Shown: positions 51,421-64,000 of the stretch, one piece after another
Layout of the letters: each line of letters begins with the position of its first letter
Numbering within the stretch: position 1 is the first letter of the stretch
Origin: Ostrea edulis
Taxonomy: Eukaryota
Assembly: GCF_947568905.1 (NCBI RefSeq)
Contig: NC_079166.1
Span: 53,940,001 to 54,004,000, forward strand
DNA length: 64,000 nucleotides
Direction: 5' to 3'
The notes under the pieces: model-generated
The model's input: the letters and a program-made list of their open reading frames with translations, nothing else
The model's database searches: none
What the model was told of the DNA's origin: nothing
Program-made: the position numbers and the translations under genes

Positions 51421-52660
51421 TTTTACAAATTCATCAAACATAAAGCATGTTCTCACGTATTGAATCAATTGAAAAAATAAACTTCATATGATGGAAATGG
51501 TGAAATTTACAGTAGCTGTATGAAGCTGACTTGTTAGTTTGTATTGTGTAAAACATTTATGAAACAGATGGGGAAAATTCTGTCGTGTTTTATTCCGAGT
51601 TCACTGGGGCATACTAACATCGATTCGACATATGAATAAATGTACATCACTCTCATCCATTGATGATACATGCATTAGTATATGAATACTTTTCGTAAAA
51701 TGAGTAGCAAGTCATAATACATTCAAGGAAGATTTTTTTCTTTCCTTTTTGAAATAACTTGTTTGTGTCTGTGAATAGAATTGGTTATGCTAGTGTATGA
51801 ATATTACAGGATCTCGGTGACTTCAATCATACAAACCAGCTGGTGGATCAAATATACATTGTAGTTTCCTTACTTCCCTCAGTCCATGTTTCAGTTTGTT
51901 TGTCAAATTACAACTGATTGTGAAATAATGAGAGTAATACATCTAGATTATTGAAAATCGTGCAAAGGTGTATGTTTCTTTATATGTTGAAAATCGTTAA
52001 TCATTATCGCTCTGATTCGCGTTTTAATTTCCTTATCACAAATTTGTAAACAGAATGTATTACAATATTAGTCATGAACAAATGCACTTAATGCCTCAAC
52101 TCTGTAATTGTTTTCAATTATAAACCTTCAAGAAATACCTAAAAATTAATTTTCTAGTACAAGGTGAAAGGTGTATCTATGAATTACACAGCACAGCAAT
52201 ACACGTCCAGTATCATCAACGTATATAGACCAAAATACTCTTAGCATTAAGCGAAATAATTTGGATCGTATTTAAATCAAATTGAAAAGAAACACTAGAA
52301 TAAGTGTGTGTTTCTTAACAAAACTTAGATATACTATATACATATAGCTATTCATGTACTGGTACAATACGCATGACATAGTTGTAGAAGGATATTCATT
52401 AGAGAAAAACATAATTGAGAATGCTTTAGATTGTAATGCTATTCTATTCATCTACTCGAATTGTAGACAAGTAATAGCACATCTCGTCACCGCTTTACAA
52501 TGATCACCTCAGATAACATACTTTGTTAAAATCTTATATAAATACAAACACATCATACATGTAAGACTTTATCATATAAGTGTCACATGCACATCCCTGA
52601 TGTCCCTTCTATTTCCGAACAAAAAACTTTAGCGGAATAGTTTAGACATCGGACTTCAAA

Positions 52661-55600
52661 ATGTGTGTAAAAATGCCCAGGTGTGGATGTGGACATCGCT
52701 TACCTTCCGCAGACTCGGGGGCAGAGGATGAGAACAGTGACGACGAAAATATGCCATCTTGGATAAAATTTTGGGAACAAGAAGATAGAAAATTCGTTTC
52801 AACGAGGGCCTCCAAACTTGTAGAGGATAAATTACGAAATTGTAACAGGGTTATCATACTGGGAGAGACTGGATGTGGTAAATCTGCCATTGCTCTAAAC
52901 ATAGCATTAAAGTATAGGTCTCGGAAGTGGAAAGTTGTGATGGTGAAGAATATCAGAGACTGCTCCTGTGAAAGAAAACTCTGTTTTTTTTCATTATCAA
53001 CGATCCGATAGGAAAAACTGTATTGGACGAAAAATCTTGTAGACAGTGGTACTTGCAGAAGAATTTGCTGAACCGTTATTTTTCGACAAAAAGGCAGAAT
53101 GAAAAAAAGGTCAAAACTCCAAAAGTTATTGTGACTTGTAGGTCGAGTCTTGCTGATGAAGACGTCAGTTACTATTTCAAGCAATTTTCTCTGATCAATA
53201 TGGATGAAAGGGGCTTTGAATTGGCTAAAGAGGAAAAAGAAAAGATATTAAAGAAGCATACAGATTGTTCACAATGTACCGATGCCGATGTCGATGAACT
53301 ACTGAAAACTGAGAAATCATTTCCTTTAATATCTGAACTGCTTTCTGCCAGTAAAACATTTGAAGGAAATATACTTGCGTTTTACAGAGAACCTTTTGTA
53401 GAAATCAAAAAAGAAATTCTATCTTTAAAAGACATTTCTAAAGAACAGTGTATGTGTTTGTTTATACTAAACGTGTGCGGAAATCGATTAACAAAGGAAA
53501 ACTTTGAAGAGAAAGAAGATGACTACAAGCATATTGAGAGTATTCACGATGACAGAGAGAATGGGGTAGTCAATAATGACCGAAAAAGTGAAAAGGGAAA
53601 CAATGAGAAAGACATTGAGAAGTCCAACGACTGCAACGGGGAAAGAATAGACAATTATAAAAATGACAACAAAAATGATAACGAGGATGGCAAGAACAAT
53701 AATGATAACTATGAACTCGATAAACAGATGATAAATGACTTATTGAAAGCTTTCAAGCTTCCTGAAAGCACATCCAAAAGAACTCTCTTCGAAAGTTTAA
53801 ATCAGTTTAGAGGTCATTACTTCGTGAAACGAATTAAAGATATTTTTCAAATCACAAATGGTTCTTTTCTGCGAGCATTGACTCATATATTTTGTACAAG
53901 CTTTCCAGCGCAATTCTTAAAATACTGCCCAAGTAATTTTTTTCGTACTTTGACAACATCAACTGCACAGTCGGATATCATTCCAAAAGTCCAATTACAA
54001 GATAATTATATCAATTTATTTGTGGATATAATTCAGGAAGATATAAAGACTGGCACATTTTTGGATGTTTTTCTGAGTCCTTGGATCCGGGATAAAAGCG
54101 TCTTGACCAATCTGCTTTTGCGATTCGAATCAATGCCATATGAAAAGATGATTGAGTTGACTCTCAACTCCAAATTAAATGCTCATCTGAAGATTGCAAA
54201 GCCCAAGGTACGAAAACAAATGACTGGCTTTTCTCGACTGGATTTGATTGGACTAAGTAAGGAAGTATCTCCAATAATTCTGTCACTTGTATTAAACCTG
54301 GATGACCTTTATCACGCCATGTTCACTTTGATAAGAAATAATGCAAATGGATCTAAATACTTGAATAATGCCCCTCTAATGAGTGCATGTTGTGTCAACG
54401 GACGAGAAGATCTTGCTAGGCTAGTTTTAGATATTGCAAATGACAGAAAAAGATGCTGGAGTAAACGAGAAAATATCTACCCCATGCACATTGCTGCCAA
54501 CTTCCTCAACACTGACATTTTAGACCTTGCTTTAGTTGGAGAGCATGATGTGAACATGACTACACGAACCATGGAATCACCTTTTTTCTTGGCAGCAGCA
54601 GCCGGAAAATACGCCCTCCAAAATATCCCCTGGACTCTCAAGCAAGAATTGAGCAACTCCTCTAAAACTTACGATGAATTGGTCGAGGAGAACCGTTTAA
54701 AGATCCTTACTCTTCTTTGGCAGAGAGGTGCAGATGTAAATATTCATCCAGATAAATCATCGTCTGCCCTTGCATATGCCTGTCAAAAAGGAGATATAGA
54801 TACAATCCAGTTTATGATTAAGAGTGGTGCGAGTGTGAAAGAAACTAATGATGAAAACTTTGGCGCACTACATTTTGCTTCAGAAGTAGGAAATATTGAA
54901 ATTGTTCAGCTGTTGTTGTGCAGTGGTGCAGATATCAATATCTGTACCTCAAAGGGTTTGACGCCGTTATATCTAGCATCATTCAATGGACATGCTGATG
55001 TAGTGGATATGTTTCTTTCTAAAGGAACCACCCAAGTATTGAAGGATAAATCAGAATGTAATCCATTCTTCGTAGCCTGCAAGCATGGTCATGAAAGGAT
55101 TGTCGAAATGTTTTTAGAATATGATCCGTTCGTGCATTGCAAATTGCCTGATAACACTTCAGCTTTATTGGCGGCTGTTGATAATGGACACAAGGAAATT
55201 GTTGAATTGCTTCTAAAAAAAATGGCGCTGATGCAAATATTGTTCAAAACAATAGTAAAATAAGCCCTTTATATTCTGCTTCCGGTTCTGGATATGATGG
55301 TATTTTGGAATTATTACTAAAACCCAGTGAGAGTGTCGACATGGAAACGATGAATGCGAATATTCCATTGGATATTGCATCACAAAATGGTCACCATTCT
55401 ATCGTTCAGACATTACTTGAAAATGGAGCAAATGTCAATCACTACACTTTAGAAAGGAAATCTCCATTGTTCCATGCAACTGAGAATGGTCATTATGATA
55501 TAGTGATGTTTCTATTGCAAAAGAAAGCAGAACTGAATTCCTGCACAAACAAAGGAAGAAATCCATTGATGCAAGCTTCATCTTGTGGATATGAAAATAT

Positions 55601-57194
55601 AGTTCGCGAACTTCTGAGTCATGGAGCTAATGTAAATGAAGCTGATGTCGAGGGAAGTACAGCACTTTATTTGGCCTCCGAAAATGGCCACATTGATATT
55701 GCAAAAGTGTTGTTGGCAAACAAAGCAGATGCTAGTCTGTGCAATGACGTTGGACTTACCCCACTGTATATTGCATCTCGATTTGGACATCATATAATTG
55801 TTCAAGAACTTTTGCAAAAGGATACCAAAATTTGTGGTACGTCCTCGAAAAACCCCCTACTAGCAGCGTCGTATTTTGGACATTACAAAACTGTTGACAT
55901 TCTTTTGCAAAACAGGGCAAATGTTAACGTACAAAATGACGACGGAGATACTCCTTTGATAACCGCGTCCAGAAAGGGATGGTGTGAAATCGTGAAAATT
56001 CTTCTGAAGTTTGAAGCTGATGTCAATCTTTATAATGAAGATGATGAAAATGCTTTACACTGCGCTTGTTTTATGGGTCATACAGACATTGTTAAGATAT
56101 TACTCGATCATGGTATGGATATCGATGGTCATGACGAATACACACCATTGCAGCAAGCTTTATTTGGGGAGCGTATGACTACTGCTTTGTTTCTGTTAGA
56201 TCATGTCGCAAATGCGAACATTGTCACCTATGGTACAAGTGCTCTTTATTTGGCATGTGATGCCGGATTCAAGGAACTGATGAATATTCTTTTGGAACTA
56301 AATGCAGACGTCAATCCAAAGAACCCTGATAATTCCCCTGCAGATTCTCCTCTTTTGGCTGCCATCAGAAATGGATCTTTTTACATTACAAAAGAACTTT
56401 TACGTCATGGGGCCAATATCATAAAAACGAACAGACATGGCGGCCAAAGTTTGTTAGCGATGGCTGTTGAGAACCAAAATCTTGGGATAGTGAAGTTACT
56501 CATTGAATATGGCGCTAATGTCAACGAACAAGATGAATATGGAACCACAGCTCTGCATGCAAGCGTTTATTATACAGACACTCTAGATTTCATGACAATA
56601 TTATTGAACAACAATGCCAATACGAATGTCAGGAACTATATTGGAACAACTCCATTAATGATGGCACTGCACAAAAATCCTGAGACGAAGGAACGAGTGC
56701 AGGCTCTCCTTACTCACGGAGCTGACATTAATGCCCGTGATAACTTTGGGTGTTTACCACTACACTCTGCTTGTAAATGGCCCGATGAACATGATGTTAT
56801 TCCATATCTACTAAATAATGGCGCTGACATAAATGCTCAGGATGAAAATGGAGAAACTGCACTTTATGTGACATCCTTTTATGGCTTTCTTGAGAATGTG
56901 AAAACACTTGTTCGATACGGAGCAGACATTAACCTTCACACGAGCGTTGGTCTCAGTCCACTTGATATTTCCATGCAAAACGGATATACAGATATCGAAA
57001 AATTTCTCAAACAAAATATGAACGAAGAGAAGAATAAAAGGGAAAAGAAAATATCTTCCAAATTGGAAAACAACAGTGTTTCTGTTTCACAAAGAGAGGT
57101 TGTTTTGGTTAGACAGAATGCTTTAGCGCCAGTTCTTGGAAGGAGAAACAACTCTATGAAACTTCAGAAGACATGGCAGCAAAGAAATTTTTAG
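52661..57194 (+). CDS. Second nSTAND3-type NTPase + more than 20 ankyrin repeats (~1511 aa if repaired); two frameshifts at homopolymers (assembly error or young pseudogene)
   Basis: ORFs 52661-53011, 53023-55263 and 55305-57194 join into one protein paralogous to 37106-41251 (GETGCGKS, FIINDPIGK, IVTCR, FLDVFLSPW); shifts at T8 52984-52991 and A8 55215-55222. Confidence 0.85.
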
Positions 57195-57619
57195 TGCACT
57201 TCTGTCGTCTTCAATTTTTTATATCGAACATTGAATTGATTTAATGGTATTCTATGTCCATCTTGAAAAACCTGCACAATCATTGATTGGTTTAAAAGAG
57301 ACGCCAGAATACATTAGACTGGTTCATAAGTGAATAATTTTTTAATTCATAACATATAGTGTTTATGAATTGTTTTATAAATTTATATTTTGTATAGATT
57401 CTTTCTCACAATATTATACTACATATGAATGATACCGTTTTTGAAAATTTTTCTCTCAACAGGGGATAATTATGTCGCAATTTCTATGGTCTTTATACAG
57501 ATCTAGTTCGTCAATACAGCCTATCTTCGGGTCAAATGCTGTCTGACGTGTTTCATACCGATTGTGAGACCGTTCTTGGTACACTGATTAAATTAACTTT
57601 AATCATTAATTACGGATTA

Positions 57620-57800
57620 TCCCGTTTGGGTGTGACCGGTCGACAGAGGATACTTACTCCTTCTAGGCACTTGATCCCACATCTGTTGTGTCCAGGGGCC
57701 CGTGTTTACCCAACTCTCTAATTTGAATTGTTTATAATTTCTTAATTTTGTATTCTTTATAAGAATTAAGAGATTTGTCACTGTTCGTTATCTTCACTTT
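57620..57800 (+). mobile_element. Short interspersed-repeat fragment resembling a bivalve PLE 3' tail
   Basis: gggtgtgaccggtcgacagaggatacttactccttctaggcacttgatcccac...cactgttcgttatcttcac; a related stretch occurs in the opposite orientation near 51090-51170. Recognised from memory. Confidence 0.4.
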
Positions 57801-60615
57801 TTCTTTAATCATATTTGGTTAGAGTTACAACTTTGGTTGGAAAAAATGCATTTGAATCAGAAACGTAATTGAAGCCCTAGACATTTCAAACAATATTCTA
57901 TCGTGAAGCGATATGGACCGTATTATTATTTAAAGTATACAAATTACTTTAATGTAGCTAAATTAGTTTTTTATCCACTTTCCCATAACTACATGCTTGA
58001 AAACATTTGCATGAAAAAGAAAAAAGTGAGAAGATTATTCAAAAAGCAAATACAGTGGAAACCCATTCATTCATTTGCCACTCGACAAGATGTTAGGCAC
58101 CTATAAATAGCCTCATGCACATGAGGGGAGTCCCAATATAAAGTATATAACTCAGACGAAACTATTCAAATCTAGGTTTGAAAGAGTGACTTACGACATG
58201 GTACTGTAGTAACAAAATACACAGGTTTACACAGGTAGAATCACCGATGATCCTCTGAAATGGACACGTGACTGTAACTGGACTCATCTTCTGAATTTGC
58301 AATTACAAATGGCCCTTTGACAGTTGTTTGTGAGCAGTGATTAAAACCTAAATAATTCTGGTTTTAAGATGTGGAATAATCTATGACATATGGAATATTA
58401 TCATAAATACATATGTGCGCAAATTTAACAGTGTTTTTACAAAGTGGACAAAATTTGTCGAAATTCGGACCATACAACTTGAACTAAAACTGTACTCTTC
58501 TTCTATTTTTCGTATCCTTGTGTACGTTTCGGAATTTGCCAGTACATGCGGATATGTAATAGCCGTTATAACTGTGGCCAAATGGTGAAAGTGATGGGAA
58601 AAAGATAACAGATATCAAATAAATGAAATAAATCTATTTTCAAAAACAAGTATAAGTTAAAGTGAGACAATACACTAGTGTGTTGTAGAACTATCAACAT
58701 CCATGTAAAATAGATTAGAGCACTATTAAATGTTTTTATCACTTTAACCTCGATGTTCATCTGAAATATTTTCCTTAACATCATTTTCTCCTTAATATAG
58801 CCATGGACTTTTTCAGGCAGTTGCAAATGATGAAATATATATGTTCCAGATCCCTGGATGATCGTGATCACTTTGTACATATTTAATTCTGCCTGGCCTC
58901 GTGTTAACGACAATTCCTAATACATGTAACCGTTTACGCGGTCCACTCATCCAAACAATGTTTTCTGCGCATTTAGTGAAAATAATTCAATACTGGAAGG
59001 AAAACGGTGAAATGACTGCAATATATACAGTAATTATTTTTTCTTCGAAAACTTTCCTCTCCTTGGAGTACAGTCTGTACTTTGATTAAATCTAGATATC
59101 CACTTGAGTTTTGACTCAATTCTCCACGATGTATTCATTATAACAACTAGATGAAAATCACAACCTAACAATATTGCATAGAGGAAGGAGTTTTTTAATG
59201 CACGTGAATTGAATGAACGCTATCTTTATTTCAAATGAATTGAAGAACAAATTTTGAATAATTGCGTGCATTAGGCCTAATTATGTTATATTGATTGATA
59301 TCATATGGAAGTCACTTGGGGCTACAAATTAAACGTTCCTTGTGTAATATAAATGATCTCTTTCCGTATTGAAAATTAGATAATGATTTTGCGAATGCAA
59401 TTGTAATCCGTCATGCCATTAAATGACCAACGGTCGTTCAAATTTCAAAATTTAGACTCAGTATTGCGAATGTATTTATGATGGTAGTTTTTATCCAATG
59501 CTACAATTTAAGAGCAAGATTATGAATACACATCGTTTCTTCTCGTCAAACGCGATAATCGAAATCGAAAACATAATGCACTATATGAATGCAGGGGCGG
59601 ATACAAGAATTTTTGAAAGGGCGTTTCTACCTTAATTTTGGTTTTCAAACGGGGGGGGGGGGGGTTTCAACCCTCAAAATGCGTAATTTAAAAAAGAAAA
59701 CTCCCCCTTTTTAAAGCTAAAACCGGAACTCTCCTATGGATCCGCAACATGTGAGATATTTACATATATTAAGTATCTCACAAGTGGTCATCTTAAAAGC
59801 TTACAGAAAGTAGAAATTAACTATTCAGAACGACTTGTGAGGGTGACCGATGGGGAAATAACATATTTTTTGATAATTATTGGTTCTGTATAAAAACAAT
59901 TTCATTCTAGAATGAGGGTATGTACATAAGATATATACAAGCTATCCACACTTCAAGTGCCTGTGGATAAATATGGGCCTAGTCAGAACTATCATAAGTA
60001 TAACACAACATCTACACAATTTTTGTTGATCATGTTGAAAACTAATCGCAACTTCTCAGTTTGACGGAAAGGGCAGAGAATGTGTGATTGGTTGTATGAT
60101 GTTGCCTCGCTTCGTTCTGGAAATTTCCATAAGGCTGATTCAAAACTGAAATCACGGATTAAAGCAACGAACAGGTATCTTCAACAATTATCAAAACTTC
60201 TATCTTCTAAAAGATCAAAATCAAGCATCGATAAACAACGAAGAGAAAAGAAAACTCGCTTGGATCCGCCACTTTACTCTCATTTTTGCTATTTCGGGGT
60301 AGTTTGCAAAAGTAGGTTTTTAATAAATTTTACGAACCAATTTACTAACCAATTAAAATTTTATTATAGTTTACAGACTTCATCTCACATATGAAACAAT
60401 ATTATGTAACTGTGGAGTAAGCGTTTCGGAGTACATTGGCAAAATGTGTTAATTCAGAAGTATAAATACATGTGTGTTTTAATGACTGACATTTTCTCAG
60501 ATTGTAAGTTATGGATCCGAGGTCTTCTTTTTTGATTAATGCAATCATTTCATTCCCAAAGGAAATGAACAAATCGATGCGATATTGATCTTTATCGGGA
60601 GCTAATTATATAATC

Positions 60616-60618
<3 letters not shown>

Positions 60619-60690
<72 letters not shown>
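60619..60690. repeat. Compound (TA)n(GA)n microsatellite
   Basis: Direct observation. Confidence 0.95.
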
Positions 60691-60693
<3 letters not shown>

Positions 60694-63050
60694 TCATTGT
60701 GTATTTTGCGAGGTTTTTCCTATACGTAATATTCTGTCTTTTTTAAGTATCTCTGGACGAATTTTAAAATAGAGTTGTAGCGCAATATACATGTATATAA
60801 AGCAGTGTTCAACAAAGAATAATGTACTCTGGGTTTTTTTTAATTCGTGTTGCTTCCTCTAAGCATTAAGCATCGCTTGTTAATGCATATTATCTATAAA
60901 ATATATACGGTACCCATTCTTAACCGTTTCTATCATTCGTAATGCCATAACAATAGCATAATGAATGTTAAGCATAACTAAGTAGTTACCGGACACTCTT
61001 TCGTCTCCACTGTAACGTGGTAACTAATCTGTAACGTACATAATCACTTACCAATCATTGAAAACAAACTCTCAATTCACACTATATATAAAGTCCGATA
61101 GATTAAGTTTAAGCTGGGTTAATACCACTAGTATATAACGATCTTTGTACAGCGCACGTATTACGACACATAGCACTGCTAATAACATCTTAACCTTTTT
61201 CTGTAAAAGTTCCTTTCAATATGATATCATTTCTCCTAGGCAGACTTCTTCACAAGTAAACATCATCAGCATTTTTTTTCTGAGATCTCCAGATAACGTT
61301 GCACACACTGCACTATTGATAACGTTTATTATGACCCGGGATAGGTTTATAGTATTTTTAATTTTGTGCATGTCTTTTTTTATTTTGTAAAATATTCTAA
61401 GGAGTGGGTTTTTTTGTTTGTGAGGGTTTTTTTGGGGGGGGGTTGGTTGTTTGTTTGTTTGGTTTTGTTTTGTTTTGTTTTTTTGGTTTTTTTGTTGTTG
61501 TTGTTGGTTTTTTCCTTCACAGCCAGTAGGTGCTCTCAGGTAGAAGGGGACAGTTTCGCACTAAAACTATAGGCCCGATCAACTTCCTTATACGAAGGAA
61601 ATGCACCATATTTAAAGTAATATTACAAATGTGTAAAAATGTATAGAATAATCTTAGGATACATGTCAAATGTAGCTGAGTGCTTAATGAAAATGTTGAT
61701 ATGCAACATGTAGGTGTCACCATGATTCCTATATATATATATATGGGTGTAAATACGAAACCTAGACCGTGTCTAAATCCCCTCGCTCAGTACCGTGATG
61801 GTATGTGGGTGGTGCGGATTAGCTCAAATGAGAGAAAATCAAAGCGAGAAAGAGGTACCTGCTCAGAACATGTTTAGTGCACCAGCGCCAGTATGTATAA
61901 ATTACATGTAATTTAGGATCATGATTTATTAACTATACCAATATGAATTACAACTATTGACATAAAAGGGAACTATGATTTTTCATTATTCTGTCATAAT
62001 CTGACTTTCATGTATACCTCCTACCCACCATTCTCTATCCAGAGTTCCGTGTGCTACTCGCATTATACGGTGTGAGTGAAACTCGTACAACACGCCCTCT
62101 GGTGAGAGAATGCCTACCCACATGTTTCAGAACCAAAACACTGACCCCTGGCACCTCACACAGTATCAGTAATATAGATACATCGTTCATCATGCACTGT
62201 GCACTAGACAGTAGTATCAGGGCTCATTGTGGAGTGTTTTGAGGGTTGGGAAAAAGATCAGTGTATTTATTATCTGCATCCTACATACGTCGCTATCTTG
62301 CATACACGTGGGTCAGGGTGGGAGTAAAGATTTTTCACACGTGACAACCTTTGCATCTTCATCTATATTTGCAACTCGGACCTCGTCAGCTGCGGGGACT
62401 TATAGAAATCGCGAAATGGCATTGTACACTGATATATATACAATAACGTAAATAATCATAGTAACTATAGTATTATATATTATTACTACAGTAACTTGAT
62501 CCGAAGAGTCGGATCACGTCGAGTTGACAGGCGCGGATCATCAGATCACACGAGACGCTAGTAGTAATGATAAATTTATTATATACCCCCTTGTGCATTT
62601 TAAATCCACATTTATAAGATAATTAATGTAATCCAAATTATAAAAAACACAGACATACCATGAAATTATGTTTTGTATACGCAGGTTCGTTTGTGACGAG
62701 TTCAACATTTTCCACAAATAACGTTGCGTTGTTGCATTGTGACGTCATTGTGACGGCATCAGTTTCAGAGGATACTGATACGGAATCGGAAAACCGGATC
62801 ACACGCTGTGAAATCCACAGTATCAGAGAACAATACATTGATGGGTATATAATAAATTGAATGATCGGGATGTACTGTAAGTGGGTGTGCCGACCTGTCT
62901 GAACTACGTGTCTGTATCAAACATACAAAGCTAAGGTTCACATGGACTTGGGGAGGAAATGGCATAGGCAACACATTGACGAGGAGAGATATTGAAACGA
63001 AATAAAGCTGAAAACCTCATGAAAACATGAAAAGACACAATTTTGAAAAT

Positions 63051-63163
63051 GATGTCTACATTACTAATATCCGAGACGTAATGACGTCTACATTACTAGT
63101 ATCCAAGACGTAATGACGTCTACATTACTAGTATCCGAGACGTAATAACGTCTACAATACTAG
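63051..63163. repeat. 32-bp tandem repeat x3.5
   Basis: gtctaca at 63054, 63086, 63118, 63150. Confidence 0.92.
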
Positions 63164-63206
63164 TCAATCGTAACTACTCGGCTATTTCCGTAACCGCAAA
63201 TGAACT

Positions 63207-63783
63207 TAGTCTCGTGCAACCAGACGCTCTGCTTTTTCCGTAAATATCCGAAGAGCAGAGAGTCTGGTAAAGATACGCGATAACGTTTGTAACGTCAGAT
63301 CGAGGCTTACCAAAATTTCGGTATTTAATTTGATTGGTTGATTCAACACACCTTCAAAATAACGACTACCGAAGAAATTTGTAATATATTGAATTTGCCG
63401 TTTAAGCTTAAGGATTTACAACTAGAGTGGTTATAAAAACTTTTGCAAAAGGAAAGGATTTATGCTGTTCTACCGACGGGAAATGGTAAAACCGTTTTAT
63501 CAAAATTACTTTAGGAGGCAAAAGTGAAAGTACAATTTCCAGCTGACAAAGAGCGTAATTTCTTTTTATTGGACTTATAGTTATGATTTTCCCATTTGTA
63601 TCACTAATGAAGGATCAACTAAATAGCGTCAAATTTCGGAATTGACTGTTTATGTCAGAGAGAATCCAACGGAAACTAAATTAGCGCTCCCTAGCGGTAA
63701 CAGTTATTATCGCGTGTCTTTACCAGACTCTCTGCTCGTCGGAGATTTACGGAGACAGCCGAGTGTCTGGTTGAACGAGACTA
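63207..63783 (+). mobile_element. Deletion derivative of a RecQ-helicase-bearing DNA transposon (AcademH-like)
   Basis: 77-bp TIRs starting TAGTCTCG (63207-63283 / 63707-63783); 10-bp TSD caaatgaact / caaatgaacc; internal FKLKDLQ...YAVLPTGNGKT and FPFVSLMKDQL remnants. Confidence 0.75.
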
Positions 63784-64000
63784 CAAATGAACCTCGTATG
63801 TGGATCGACGCCATCAGAGTTGGTTGCTACGTATACGTAAACGTAACTTTGACGCCACAGTCGTACGTTACACTATGAAACGTGAACTTTCAAAAGCATC
63901 TAAGATATTATACACATCTAAGGTATTGTACCACTATCAATTTCCACTTACATGTTATGTATTAGAGTGAATAAGACGTTAATGATACCAAAACTGAATC

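Noticed and set aside
52642-53184. 180-aa antisense ORF (and others such as 29153-29527, 38782-39201, 40534-40788, 30740-31003)
   Set aside because: Shadow ORFs opposite long genuine CDSs, with no recognisable motifs.
29173-57194. Bacterial contamination or recent HGT of a CBASS/Avs island
   Set aside because: Genes have spliceosomal acceptors and host-like AT content, are separated by kilobases of animal transposons, and show no operon structure. The cGLR motifs are Mab-21 type.
58566-58913. 115-aa ORF
   Set aside because: TTG start, no motif, no clear splice context; consistent with chance in AT-rich DNA.
62638-62974. Cluster of short overlapping ORFs in a GC-richer patch
   Set aside because: No recognisable domain or splice pattern; probably an unclassified repeat fragment.

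Overview
AT-rich animal genomic DNA, most likely a bivalve and probably an oyster. That call is inferred from the ~165-bp satellite inside Helentron-type elements and the gene families present. Left half: a small secreted Cys-ladder/mucin-like gene (+, 6038-6556) converges on a complete 20-exon CDC5L gene (-, 25581-8989, 796 aa) that I reconstructed exon by exon. Four CDC5L splice sites sit inside tandem repeats. Right half: an apparent innate-immunity cluster of single-coding-exon genes. An ankyrin-repeat cGAS-like receptor (ANK + Mab-21 nucleotidyltransferase, catalytic residues intact, -) lies head-to-head with an effector-less nSTAND3-type NTPase + ankyrin gene (+). A second paralogous nSTAND3-ANK gene follows, broken only by two frameshifts at 8-nt homopolymers. 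Mobile DNA includes a Penelope-like retroelement with an inverted 3' duplication (each copy carries a minimal hammerhead ribozyme), a nested Ngaro/DIRS-type relic, a decayed Tc1, HINE-like elements, a Harbinger-type MITE, two members of a 9-bp-TSD MITE family and a RecQ-helicase-bearing (AcademH-like) deletion derivative. There is a ~128-N gap at 42016-42143. All family assignments come from motif recognition by eye; no searches were run.
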